Assembly (NCBI GenBank): GCA_963839705.1
Contig: CAWIWL010000021.1
Span: 221,072-285,071, forward strand
DNA: 64,000 nucleotides
Direction of reading: 5' to 3'
DNA from: an uncultured Acidobacteriota bacterium
GTDB lineage: Bacteria; Acidobacteriota; Vicinamibacteria; Vicinamibacterales; 2-12-FULL-66-21
The position numbers and the translations under genes were made by a program. The notes under the pieces are model-generated. The model did no database searches. It was not told the DNA's origin and saw nothing but the letters and a program-made list of their open reading frames with translations. Below, piece after piece: positions 17,559 through 26,376 of the stretch; the stretch's first letter is position 1; every line of letters begins with the position of its first letter.

Positions 17559-19568
17559 ATGTCCCCGTCAGGAGCGCAGCCGAACATGAGAAGCCGAGCA
17601 GGTTCACGTCTGGTCCGAAGCGGCGCCCTCGCCGTCGTGGTGATTGCGGCGCTCGCCAGCCCGAGGCTTGTCGGTCAGAAGCTGGCGGCGCAATCGGCGC
17701 CGGCGCAGGCGGCGCGGCCGGTATTCGCCGACGGTCAGGCGCAGATCGTTCCCGCCTTCGAGGATCAGGCGCTCTGGATTCGACAGACGCTCTTTGTCGA
17801 GACCGAGTTCGACTCCGACGGCGATGGCAAGCGCGACCGGATGTTTGTCGACGTCACGCGGCCACGCCAGACCGAGACCGAAGGTTTGAAGGTTCCGGTC
17901 CTGTATGAATCCTCGCCGTACTTCGCAGGCACGTCGGGCAACCGCCAGTTCCTGTGGGACGTGAAGCAGGAGGTCGGCGAAGCGCCACCGCCGCGAACGT
18001 CGCAGGCGGCCATCGTGTTCAAGCCGACACGTGAGAATGTCTCGACCTCGCTCGTCGCGACGTGGGTGCCGCGCGGCTTTGCCGTGGTGCATTCGGACGC
18101 GCCCGGCACGGGCCTCTCCCAGGGCTGCGTTACCGTCGGTTCTGATCCGGAGCAGCTCGCGCCGAAGGCGGTGATCGACTGGCTGAACGGACGCGCCAGG
18201 GGATTCACGACTATCGACGGCGCCGAGGCGGTTGTCGCGACCTCCTGGTCCACCGGGAAGGTCGGCATGACTGGGACGTCCTACAACGGCACGATTCCGC
18301 TCGCCGCCGCTGTCACCGGCGTCAAGGGGCTCGAGGCCATCATTCCCGTCGCGCCAAACACCTCGTACTACCACTACTACCGGTCGAACGGTCTCGTGCG
18401 ACACCCGGGCGGGTGGCTCGGCGAAGACATCGACTTCTTGTACGACTTCATCAACAGCGGCGACCCGGCGCGCCGCGACTACTGCAATCGAACGTATCGC
18501 GACGGCGAGTTCGCGCGCGGACGCGACCGCGCGCACGGCGACTACAACGATTTCTGGGCCGCGCGCGATCTGCTGAAGAAGGTCGACGGCATCAAGGCGG
18601 CGGTCTTCATGTCCCATGCCTTCAACGACTGGAACGTCGTGCCCGAGCACAGCGTGCGGATTTACGAAGCGCTCAAGGGCCGGGTGCCGCTGCGGGCGTA
18701 CTTTCACCAGGGCGGGCACGGCGGCGCGCCGCCGCTCGAGATGATGAACAAGTGGTTCACGCGCTACTTGTACGGAGTCGACAACGGCGTCGAGCGCGAG
18801 CCGAAGGCCTGGATCGTTCGCGAGACAAGTCCGGACAGCGCCGCCGCCGCGCAGGCCGTGCCCGAGGCGCCGCCTGCTGCCGGGCGCGGCCGTGGTCGGG
18901 GGCGGGGTTCGATTCCGCCGCCGGTTCCGTACGCCGACTATCCGAATCCCGGCGCGTCCGACGTGACGCTTCACGTTCGCGCGGGGGGTGGAAGTACCGG
19001 TGGTCTCGCGCTCGATCGGCAGGCGCAGGATGTGACGGAGACGCTCATCGACAACGTCGAGCTGGCCGGTCCGGCGCTGGCCAGCGCCGAGGCGTCCGAG
19101 GCGCGGCTGCTGTACGCCACGAGCGAGCTGACGGCGCCCGTCCACCTCTCGGGCACCGCACGGCTGACGGTGCGGCTCGCGTCGAGCAAGCCGGCGGCGA
19201 ATCTCTCGGCGTGGCTCGTCGTGCTGCCGTGGACCGACGGTCCCATCAGCCCGGCCAACCTGATTACCCGCGGCTGGGCCGATCCGCAGAATCACGACTC
19301 GCTCGAGAAGGGGGGCGACTACCACGCGCGCGCGCGTGGCGAGCCGCTCGTGCCCGGGCGGTTCTACACGCTGACGTTCGACCTGCAGCCCGACGATCAG
19401 ATCGTGCCCGCCGGCAAGCGCATCGGGTTGATGATCTTCTCGAGCGATCGCGACTTCACGCTGTGGCCGAAGCCCGGCACGGAGCTGACCATCGACGTCG
19501 GCCGGACGTCGCTCCGGCTGCCGGTCGTCGGCGGCGCGGCTGCGTTCAGCCGCGCTATCGGCCAGTAG
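17559..19568 (+). CDS. Xaa-Pro dipeptidyl-peptidase / CocE-NonD (S15) family hydrolase, exported
   Basis: ESSPYFAGTSGN, the nucleophile box GMTGTSYNGTIPLAAA, and NKWFTRYLYGVDNG. There is a signal-like N-terminus. The alternative start ATG 17586 (MRSRAG...) is equally plausible. Confidence 0.8.
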   Translation: MSPSGAQPNMRSRAGSRLVRSGALAVVVIAALASPRLVGQKLAAQSAPAQAARPVFADGQAQIVPAFEDQALWIRQTLFVETEFDSDGDGKRDRMFVDVTRPRQTETEGLKVPVLYESSPYFAGTSGNRQFLWDVKQEVGEAPPPRTSQAAIVFKPTRENVSTSLVATWVPRGFAVVHSDAPGTGLSQGCVTVGSDPEQLAPKAVIDWLNGRARGFTTIDGAEAVVATSWSTGKVGMTGTSYNGTIPLAAAVTGVKGLEAIIPVAPNTSYYHYYRSNGLVRHPGGWLGEDIDFLYDFINSGDPARRDYCNRTYRDGEFARGRDRAHGDYNDFWAARDLLKKVDGIKAAVFMSHAFNDWNVVPEHSVRIYEALKGRVPLRAYFHQGGHGGAPPLEMMNKWFTRYLYGVDNGVEREPKAWIVRETSPDSAAAAQAVPEAPPAAGRGRGRGRGSIPPPVPYADYPNPGASDVTLHVRAGGGSTGGLALDRQAQDVTETLIDNVELAGPALASAEASEARLLYATSELTAPVHLSGTARLTVRLASSKPAANLSAWLVVLPWTDGPISPANLITRGWADPQNHDSLEKGGDYHARARGEPLVPGRFYTLTFDLQPDDQIVPAGKRIGLMIFSSDRDFTLWPKPGTELTIDVGRTSLRLPVVGGAAAFSRAIGQ

Positions 19569-19950
19569 CACCGGTCTCGAGGGTGCGCCGGCCGGTCTTC
19601 AAGTACGCGGCGACGAAGAGCAGACCCAGCACGAAGTCCGGCAGGGCCGGGAGCAGTTCGGCAGAGCCGATGCGCGACTGCGCATAGAGCAGCGCGAGCG
19701 CGAGGACGAAACTGAACTTCTCGACGATCGATGGAATCATCAACGGGCGGAACCGCACCGGGTCCGACCCGATGACCCAGAACGCCAGCTGCCAGGCGAG
19801 CGCGACACAGAGAAAGCCGAAGTAGGCCTGCAAATAGGTGAACGGTGGATTCCCCGCGATACCGCTGCCGTTGAACATAAAGAACAGCGGTACGAGCACG
19901 AGCACACCCCAGACGGCAGCCACGCGGAACACGATGCTGGCGAATCTCAT
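19555..19950 (-). CDS. small integral membrane protein, hypothetical
   Basis: 131 aa with about four hydrophobic helices (VAAVWGVLVLVPLFFMF, FGFLCVALAWQLAFWVIG, FSFVLALALLY, FVLGLLFVAAYL). There is a convergent 14-nt overlap with the peptidase gene. Confidence 0.55.
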   Translation of the reverse strand: MRFASIVFRVAAVWGVLVLVPLFFMFNGSGIAGNPPFTYLQAYFGFLCVALAWQLAFWVIGSDPVRFRPLMIPSIVEKFSFVLALALLYAQSRIGSAELLPALPDFVLGLLFVAAYLKTGRRTLETGATGR

Positions 19951-20017
19951 ACAGAGCGAAGATAGCTCAATCGCACGCGAATCGTCGCGGTGCTTCCTTC
20001 AGGGGATGACTTGAGGC

Positions 20018-20136
20018 TACCTGATAAACGCGTAGTGTCCGCCTTTAGGCGGACCATCAGGAGTCCGGCTAACCAGCCTCCGCTAAAGCTACGGCGGTCC
20101 GCCGAAGCCTTGGCGAAGGCGGAAGCCGGACACTAC
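20018..20136. repeat. MITE-like structured repeat with ATAAAC box and 10-bp terminal inverted repeats
   Basis: CTGATAAACG box at 20021. GTAGTGTCCG (20032-20041) pairs with CGGACACTAC (20127-20136). Internal hairpin GTCCGCC-TTTA-GGCGGAC (20037-20054). Segment 20076-20130 is the reverse complement of the insertion in repeat copy A. Confidence 0.8.
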
Positions 20137-20163
20137 ATCGGAAAAGATCAGGCGAGGTGACCA

Positions 20164-21174
20164 ATGCAAGCATTTGAGCTCCATCCCGAGGAGGGGTTCG
20201 ACGCCCTCCGGCTCATCGAGCGCCCCGCGCCATCCGCGCCTGGCGCCCATGACGTCGTCGTCCGCATCCGGGCCGTCTCCCTCAACTACCGTGACCTCGC
20301 CGTCGCCCGCGCTGCGAAGAGGCGCGCGAAGCGAATCGTGCCGGCGTCGGACGGGGCTGGCGAGGTGGTGGCGGTCGGCGAACGCGTCACGAGGGTCAAG
20401 GTCGGCGACCGTGTGGCGGCCGCGTTCTTTCCCACCTGGATGAGCGGCGGCCTGACCAAAGAGCATCATGCGAACGCCCTCGGCGGCTCGATCGACGGCA
20501 TGCTCGCCGAGCAGGTGATGCTCCCCGAGAACGCATGGGTCCGGATCCCCGCGCATTTCTCCTTCGAACAAGCGTCGACGCTGCCGTGCGCCGGTGTCAC
20601 GGCGTGGCATGCGCTCTTCGAGGCCGTAGCGCTCAGGCCCGGCGACACTATCCTGGTCCAGGGAACGGGCGGAGTGTCCATCTTCGCCCTGCAGCTGGCG
20701 CGCGCCGCCGGCGCGGGCGTGATCGCCACCTCGAGCTCGGCTGCCAAGCGCGCCCGTCTCGAACAGATGGGCGCGGCGACGACCATCGACTACCGTCAGG
20801 AACCGAAGTGGGGCGACGCCGTGCGTGCGGCTACGGGTGGGCGCGGCGTCGATGTCGTAGTGGAGATCGGCGGCGCCGGCACGTTCGACGAGAGCGTGAA
20901 GGCGCTCGGTTTTGGCGGGACGATGAGCCTGATTGGCATCCTGGCCGGCACCGCGGGTCCGGTCGACACCTACGCCATCCTGCAGAAGAACGTCCGGGTC
21001 CACGGCATCTACGTCGGGTCCGTGGTGATGTTCGAGGCCCTGGTCCGTGCGCTCGAGGCGTCGAAGGTCGAGCCGATCGTCGACCGCGTGTTTCCGTTTG
21101 TGGAGGCGCGAAGCGCCTACGAGCACCTGGCGAGCGGCGCGCACTTCGGCAAGGTCGTCATCCGCGTCGACTGA
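20164..21174 (+). CDS. zinc-type alcohol dehydrogenase / quinone oxidoreductase (MDR family)
   Basis: VRIRAVSLNYRD, DGAGEVVAVG, and the Rossmann box ILVQGTGGVSIFALQLARAAGA. Confidence 0.8.
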   Translation: MQAFELHPEEGFDALRLIERPAPSAPGAHDVVVRIRAVSLNYRDLAVARAAKRRAKRIVPASDGAGEVVAVGERVTRVKVGDRVAAAFFPTWMSGGLTKEHHANALGGSIDGMLAEQVMLPENAWVRIPAHFSFEQASTLPCAGVTAWHALFEAVALRPGDTILVQGTGGVSIFALQLARAAGAGVIATSSSAAKRARLEQMGAATTIDYRQEPKWGDAVRAATGGRGVDVVVEIGGAGTFDESVKALGFGGTMSLIGILAGTAGPVDTYAILQKNVRVHGIYVGSVVMFEALVRALEASKVEPIVDRVFPFVEARSAYEHLASGAHFGKVVIRVD

Positions 21175-21177
21175 CCA

Positions 21178-21846
21178 CTACGGCGGCGCGGTTGCCTCCA
21201 CGAATGGTTCCGTTAGTTGTGACAGTGTCGTCCGGCCGTGGCGCCTCGCGAGCCTGAGGAGGCGAAGAAACACCTGTGCGGTCAGGAAGGCGTCGCCGCT
21301 CGCCGTATGGCGATCGTGCGGAATCACGCCGAACATCTCGCAGAGCGCGTCGAGGGTGAACTGGCGGATCGGTGGCCGTCCGGCGAAGGCGCCGTCACGC
21401 TCGAGGTGCAGCGTCAGGTCCATGGTGTCGAGGCTGCGATTCATCGTGCGGAAGCCCCACCCGCGCTCGTAGCCGGCGTCGAGCGTGTCGACGTCGTGAC
21501 CGATGTGGTGTCCGACGATCACGCCGTCACGGAGGTAGTCGAGAAACCGGGCCAGGGCATCCTCTTCGTCCAGCCCGCCGCGGCTCTCGTCGCGCGTAAC
21601 GCCGTGCACCGCCACCGCGCTGGTGTTCTTCGCCACTTTCAGAAGCGCGTTGAAGGAGTCCTCGAGCAGGATCTCGTGAGCGCTGACGACGACGGCGCCG
21701 ATCGTGATGATGCGGTCGGTGCGCGGATTGAGCCCGGTGGTCTCGGAGTCCAGCACGACGAACCGCACCTGATCGATTGGTGTCTCATCGGTCCACGTCG
21801 CATCGAAATGCGTCCGATAGCGGCCGATGAACAACGGCTCCGTCAT
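21178..21846 (-). CDS. DEDD 3'-5' exonuclease (DNA polymerase III epsilon-like)
   Basis: ExoI FVVLDSETTGL, ExoII GHHIGHDVDTLD and ExoIII HTASGDAFLTAQVF. The ATG at 21846 overlaps the upstream gene stop (ATGA). Confidence 0.8.
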   Translation of the reverse strand: MTEPLFIGRYRTHFDATWTDETPIDQVRFVVLDSETTGLNPRTDRIITIGAVVVSAHEILLEDSFNALLKVAKNTSAVAVHGVTRDESRGGLDEEDALARFLDYLRDGVIVGHHIGHDVDTLDAGYERGWGFRTMNRSLDTMDLTLHLERDGAFAGRPPIRQFTLDALCEMFGVIPHDRHTASGDAFLTAQVFLRLLRLARRHGRTTLSQLTEPFVEATAPP

Positions 21847-23753
21847 AGCCTGGCATACCAGGGCGAGTTGCCGGTGAGCTCCAGCAGCCGCAGGATGGAG
21901 CGGAATCCGCTCTTCAGCACGTGCCGGTCGTGGCGGCTGAGCAGCGCTGGCGGCAGCTCGGAGCCCGTGGTCTGTTGATCGATGCCGATGCGCCCCTGCT
22001 GCCACAGCAGGATGCGCAAGGTCTCTGACGCCTCGCGGAAGACTGATTCGTGCTCGGGCAGAAGGGTTCGAGCACCGGCGAGGCGCTCCTCTGTCGACGT
22101 GCCCAGCACTTTCTTTGCAGCGAGGCCGAATACGCGTCCGACATCCACGATTGGCTGCAGAGCGCTCTGTTCCAGGCGAAAGACGGCCGCCTGTTCGCCG
22201 GCTTCGTCGACGACGGCGTCTTCGAAGAACGTCAGCGGCGGCAGGCTCGCCAGGCAATCATTGGCCAGCACCTGGACGACGTCGCGATCAACCGCGCCGG
22301 CCACCGAGGCCTCGATGTCGCGCCACAGCGATTCAGGGCCGTGCACGGCCCGCAGGTCGAACAGGGGGCGAGCCAGGTGCATCTGCGCGCGCACCGGGTC
22401 GCGCAGCCAGTCCTGGTAGCGCGTCTGCCATTCGGCCCGGCTCGACACTTTGCCCGATCCGGGCACGGCGCGGTCGAAGGACGAGTCGAGTCGGGGAAGG
22501 TAGTCGCATTCGGAAAGTGACTGCGACACTCGTTCCCAGGCCCGCACCACGTCAGGGCGCGTGCTCTCGTCCTCCACGATGACTACCAGTTGCGGGGCGT
22601 GCCTGGTCAGCGATTCCCCGCGTCCGGCCGCTCCACAGAAGCACCAGCACGCCGGCGCGGCAGTCTCGTCCGCGAGAGCGATGAGGCGCCGGACAACGTG
22701 TACGTCGATCTGGAACATGAAGCGCGCCAGCCAGCTGACCGAGCTTGCGCTCGTCAGGTAGCGCAGCGCCAGCGCGCGCGCTCGATGATTGAGCTCGCCG
22801 AGCTCGCGGGTGTGTGTCGCGAGACCAATCTCGCGAAAGATCGCGGTGGGCTGATCGCCGAAGACCCGAGCGATGTCTCTCGGCGTCACGAGCGCCTGGA
22901 GCTCGCCGCTCGAGGAGCCGTCAGATGTGAGCGTCAGCGCGTCGGCGTCGGCCTGGCACATCGCCAGGACGGCGTCGGTGACCGACGCGGCTGATCCGAT
23001 CGCGGGCGGAGCGTCACGGACGACTTCGCCGACCGGCTGTCCAGCGTCGCCGGCGCCCCGGGCGACCCATGCGAGCACGGACTTGACGGTCACAACGGCA
23101 TCCACACGATTGGCCGCATCGACGACCGCGAGCGCATCGGACCCGGTCATCAGAAGGGATCGGGCCGCGTCGCGAATGGTCGTCGTCGAACTGCAGCTCT
23201 CGAGCGGTCGCCGGCGGACCACATCGTGGAGGAACATCCTCTGGGGGTCCCGCGCGTCTTTCGCCCATTGGTAGTCCGCGGTCACCGTTTCGTACGCCTC
23301 CACGAACTTGCGCGCGTACGCAGATTTCAGCACCAGATGTTCGAAGTCCGACGCTGGAAAGGTGTAGATCACGACGTCGCTTTCCGATCGCGCTGAGTTC
23401 ATGCAGAACGGCGCGCCGGTGAAGCGCTCGACGCCCAGCATGTCTCCGGCGCCTCGGACGTCCCACAAGGTGGCACGTCCGTCCGCCTCGTCCCAGAGCG
23501 TTACCGTCCCTTGCTGAATCACGGACACGTGTGGCTTGTGCGGCTCGCCTTGCCACACGAGGAAGTCGTTGGCCTCGTGAAACCTGACGCGGCCCCGCGC
23601 AGCAAGCGCGAGGAGGTCACCTTCGTCGACGGCTTGAAAGGGCGGATGTGTCTTGAGGAAATCGGCGACGCGGTAGCTGATGGCGGCTGTGTCCAAAGTG
23701 GGTCCTGACTGATGAAACGTGAAGAATAGCAGGTCTCTACCCTCGACTCGCAT
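21843..23753 (-). CDS. cyclic-nucleotide-binding / CBS-pair / DUF294 nucleotidyltransferase-like protein
   Basis: N-terminal cNMP-binding-like region (GEPHKPHVSVIQQGTV...GAGDMLGVE), a CBS-like middle, an NTase-like GAAGRGESLTRH segment and a DUF294_C-like tail. It is translationally coupled to the exonuclease, a pairing I recall as recurrent. Confidence 0.65.
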   Translation of the reverse strand: MRVEGRDLLFFTFHQSGPTLDTAAISYRVADFLKTHPPFQAVDEGDLLALAARGRVRFHEANDFLVWQGEPHKPHVSVIQQGTVTLWDEADGRATLWDVRGAGDMLGVERFTGAPFCMNSARSESDVVIYTFPASDFEHLVLKSAYARKFVEAYETVTADYQWAKDARDPQRMFLHDVVRRRPLESCSSTTTIRDAARSLLMTGSDALAVVDAANRVDAVVTVKSVLAWVARGAGDAGQPVGEVVRDAPPAIGSAASVTDAVLAMCQADADALTLTSDGSSSGELQALVTPRDIARVFGDQPTAIFREIGLATHTRELGELNHRARALALRYLTSASSVSWLARFMFQIDVHVVRRLIALADETAAPACWCFCGAAGRGESLTRHAPQLVVIVEDESTRPDVVRAWERVSQSLSECDYLPRLDSSFDRAVPGSGKVSSRAEWQTRYQDWLRDPVRAQMHLARPLFDLRAVHGPESLWRDIEASVAGAVDRDVVQVLANDCLASLPPLTFFEDAVVDEAGEQAAVFRLEQSALQPIVDVGRVFGLAAKKVLGTSTEERLAGARTLLPEHESVFREASETLRILLWQQGRIGIDQQTTGSELPPALLSRHDRHVLKSGFRSILRLLELTGNSPWYARL

Positions 23754-23831
23754 CGGTAGCGGCGCGCGAATTGCTCAAGGCCGGCACGGCGCCTGCTTTT
23801 CGAGAGAAGGTGGGTAGCGTGAGCGCCTGGT

Positions 23832-24068
23832 GTGGCGCGTATGAAGGTGAATGCACCGGGAAGACGAATAAGCGATCGCATCGACAGGGCGCTGAACCGT
23901 CTAGGTACGGTGTTCATCCAGATTCCGGGTGCCCGGCTGTCGCTGGCCGAGGCCGCTCGTCTAACGGAGCTCGAAACGCACATTTACCAGATTCTGCTCA
24001 ACGCGCTCGAAGACCTGGACTTCTTGAGACAAGAGGACGGTTGCTACCAGCGGCAGTCGAACGAATAG
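23832..24068 (+). CDS. small hypothetical protein, possibly winged-helix
   Basis: 78-aa ORF (GTG start) upstream of kaiC. The segment LSLAEAARLTELETHIYQILLNALEDLDFLRQEDGCY resembles a wHTH recognition unit. Third-position GC is lower than in neighbouring genes. Confidence 0.3.
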   Translation: MARMKVNAPGRRISDRIDRALNRLGTVFIQIPGARLSLAEAARLTELETHIYQILLNALEDLDFLRQEDGCYQRQSNE

Positions 24069-24289
24069 GTGTATCGTGCGCCTAGGAGGCGAAGGCAGCG
24101 CGATCCCCTGGCTGCCGAACCGGGTGCTCGGATGGGGTCGGAAGAGCGGCGGCATGAGTGTGTAAGCTGCTTCTCTCCCCGCGGCGCCGTGCGCATTTGC
24201 GCCCCTGGAACGCAATTACACTGCACATTTTTGATGCCGGGCTTGGATCCCGGGCTGGCCCGAGACATGCTCTTTCTCTCGGAGTGGTG

Positions 24290-26038
24290 ATGACCGATAC
24301 GACTGTTGCGGGCGCGATCGTGCGGAAGGTGCCCACTGGCATCCCCGGCCTGGACGAGATCACCTTCGGCGGGCTGCCCGCCGGGCGGCCGACACTGGTC
24401 TGTGGAGGCCCGGGGTCGGGCAAGACGCTGCTCGGTATCACGTTTCTCGTCAATGGCGCCCGGGAGTTCGGTGAGGCTGGCGTATTGATGAGCTTTGAGC
24501 AGAACGCGGAGGAACTGGCTCAGGACGTCGGCTCGCTCGGCTACGACTTAGCCAGCCTCGTCGACGATCGGAAGCTCGTCGTCGACTACGTTCACGTCGA
24601 CCGCAGCGAGATCGAGGAAACGGGTGAGTACGACCTCGAGGGGCTGTTTGTTCGCCTCGAACACGCGGTCAACTCAGTCGGTGCCAGACGCGTCGTGCTC
24701 GACACGATCGAATCGCTGTTTGCCGGCCTCGAAAACGAAACGATCCTCCGTGCCGAGCTTCGCCGTCTGTTCCGATGGCTTCGCGATCGCGACCTCACTG
24801 CCGTGATCACCGGCGAAAAAGGCGAAACCACGCTGACCCGCCACGGGCTCGAAGAGTATGTGACCGACGCCGTCATCCAACTCGATCACCGGGTGTCCGA
24901 TCAGATTTCGACGCGCCGTCTCCGGGTCGTCAAATACCGCGGGTCCCATCACGGAACCAACGAGTATCCGTTTCTCATCGACCAGGACGGCGTCAGCGTG
25001 CTTCCCGTCACGTCGCTCACGCTGCAGCACCCCGCCTCGTCCGAGCGCGTCTCGAGCGGCCTCGCGACGCTCGACGCGATGCTTGGCGGCGAGGGCTTCT
25101 ATCGCGGCAGCACCGTGCTCGTCTCCGGAACGGCCGGCACCGGAAAGACCACGCTGGCGGCGCACTTCGTCGACGCCGCCTGCAAGCGCGGGGAACGCAG
25201 TCTCTATTTTCTCTTCGAGGAGTCGCCGCAGCAGATGCTGCGCAACATGCGGTCGTGCGGCATCGATCTGGGGCCCTGCGTCGATGCCGGACTGCTTCAC
25301 TTTCACGCTGACCGTCCTTCGCGCTTCGGACTCGAGACGCACCTGATGGCGATGCACCGCGGCGTGGCGCAGTTCCGCCCCAAGGTCGTCGTCATCGATC
25401 CGATGACCAATCTGCTGTTGGTCGGCACGCAGCTTGACGTGCGCGCGATGTTGACCCGCATGATCGACTTTCTCAAGATGCAGAACATCACGGCCCTCTT
25501 CACCGGTCTGACCCAGGCCGGCAGCGACCTCGAAACGACAGAAACGATGGTGTCGTCGCTCATGGACGCGTGGGTGCTGACGTCGATCGAGGCCGTCGAG
25601 CGCCAGCGGCAACGATGGATCTACGTGCTGAAGGCGCGCGGGATCGCGCACTCGAATGAGACGCGGGAGTTTCGCATCACCGGGGGCGGAATCGACATCC
25701 TTCCCGCCCTCCCCGCGAAACATGCGGGCGGAGGTGACATGAGTGAGGAAATGTTCGACTTGCGCCTCTATGTCGCCGGACAGACGCCGAAGGCAATACG
25801 AGCCTTCGCCAATCTGAGGAAGATCTGCGACGAACATCTCGCCGGCCGCTACCGCATCGAAGTCATCGATCTGCTGGAGGATCCCCAGCTCGGTCGCGGC
25901 GATCAGATTCTTGCCCTGCCCACGCTCGTGCGCAGGCTGCCGCAGCCGATCAAGCGGATCATCGGCGATCTCTCGAATACCGAGCGGGTGCTGGTCGGGT
26001 TGGATCTGCGTCAGCGTCAGAAGGGCCTGCATGACTAA
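24290..26038 (+). CDS. kaiC: KaiC homolog (double RecA/DnaB-like ATPase) whose ORF runs without a stop into a KaiB-like module
   Basis: Walker A GGPGSGKT (CI) and GTAGTGKT (CII). Catalytic boxes [10 protein letters not shown] and [10 protein letters not shown]. Also [13 protein letters not shown] and [26 protein letters not shown] lies where the cyanobacterial Ser/Thr phosphosites sit. The start is set at ATG 24290 (MTDTTVAG...). Confidence 0.85.
   Translation: MTDTTVAGAIVRKVPTGIPGLDEITFGGLPAGRPTLVCGGPGSGKTLLGITFLVNGAREFGEAGVLMSFEQNAEELAQDVGSLGYDLASLVDDRKLVVDYVHVDRSEIEETGEYDLEGLFVRLEHAVNSVGARRVVLDTIESLFAGLENETILRAELRRLFRWLRDRDLTAVITGEKGETTLTRHGLEEYVTDAVIQLDHRVSDQISTRRLRVVKYRGSHHGTNEYPFLIDQDGVSVLPVTSLTLQHPASSERVSSGLATLDAMLGGEGFYRGSTVLVSGTAGTGKTTLAAHFVDAACKRGERSLYFLFEESPQQMLRNMRSCGIDLGPCVDAGLLHFHADRPSRFGLETHLMAMHRGVAQFRPKVVVIDPMTNLLLVGTQLDVRAMLTRMIDFLKMQNITALFTGLTQAGSDLETTETMVSSLMDAWVLTSIEAVERQRQRWIYVLKARGIAHSNETREFRITGGGIDILPALPAKHAGGGDMSEEMFDLRLYVAGQTPKAIRAFANLRKICDEHLAGRYRIEVIDLLEDPQLGRGDQILALPTLVRRLPQPIKRIIGDLSNTERVLVGLDLRQRQKGLHD
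25739..26038 (+). CDS. kaiB: KaiB-like module (possible internal cistron, in frame with kaiC)
   Basis: [90 protein letters not shown] is a full-length KaiB pattern. GGAGGTG lies 4 nt upstream of ATG 25739. Confidence 0.6.
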   Translation: MSEEMFDLRLYVAGQTPKAIRAFANLRKICDEHLAGRYRIEVIDLLEDPQLGRGDQILALPTLVRRLPQPIKRIIGDLSNTERVLVGLDLRQRQKGLHD

Positions 26039-26369
26039 GCGATCGCCCACGTCGATTGCGGAAAAACTCGAGGCCGCCGCCCGGCACCCGAGTACGGAGC
26101 GCTACGTGCTTCGGCTGTATGTGACCGGCATGACGCCGCGCTCGACCCGTGCCGTCGAGAACGTGCGTACCATTTGCGAGGAACATCTTCACGGACGATA
26201 CGATCTCGAGGTCATCGACATTTATCAACAGCCAACCCTGGCCAAGGGGGAGCAGATTGTCGCGGCGCCGACGCTCATCAAGAAACTGCCTCTGCCGTTG
26301 CGACGTGTAATCGGCGATCTGTCGAGCACCGAACGGGTTCTTCTGGGGCTGGATCTCAGACGCGCCTAG
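26031..26369 (+). CDS. kaiB: KaiB homolog (second copy)
   Basis: [85 protein letters not shown]. The ATG at 26031 overlaps the preceding ORF end by 8 nt. Confidence 0.85.
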   Translation: MTKRSPTSIAEKLEAAARHPSTERYVLRLYVTGMTPRSTRAVENVRTICEEHLHGRYDLEVIDIYQQPTLAKGEQIVAAPTLIKKLPLPLRRVIGDLSSTERVLLGLDLRRA

Positions 26370-26376
26370 GACCCTC

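Noticed and set aside
18900-18925. The tRNA-like string GGCGGGGTTCGATTCCGCCGCC (a T-arm look-alike) in the peptidase gene
   Set aside because: The stem would enclose a 9-nt loop rather than 7. No acceptor, D or anticodon arms can be drawn around it. It lies in frame inside the GRGRGRGSIPPP coding segment.
19555-19568. Convergent gene-end overlaps (peptidase/membrane protein, 14 nt; cupin/VOC, 31 nt at 28431-28461) as a regulatory feature
   Set aside because: Short convergent 3' overlaps are common in compact GC-rich genomes where stop codons are rare. No additional structure was seen.
17604-19571. Very long antisense ORFs, for example 655 aa opposite the S15 peptidase. Others lie at 24674-26050 opposite kaiC, 31552-33501 opposite DUF1501, 4410-5738, 3869-4918 and 44261-45532.
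   Set aside because: They are Arg/Ala/Gly/Pro-rich shadow ORFs, typical of the non-coding strand in GC-rich DNA. Each lies opposite a gene with strong family motifs, and none shows recognisable motifs of its own.
24206-24225. A possible sigma54 promoter (TGGAAC...CTGCA) upstream of kaiC
   Set aside because: The GG and GC elements are spaced about 4 nt too far apart, and the -12 box does not match TTGC. I treat it as a chance resemblance.
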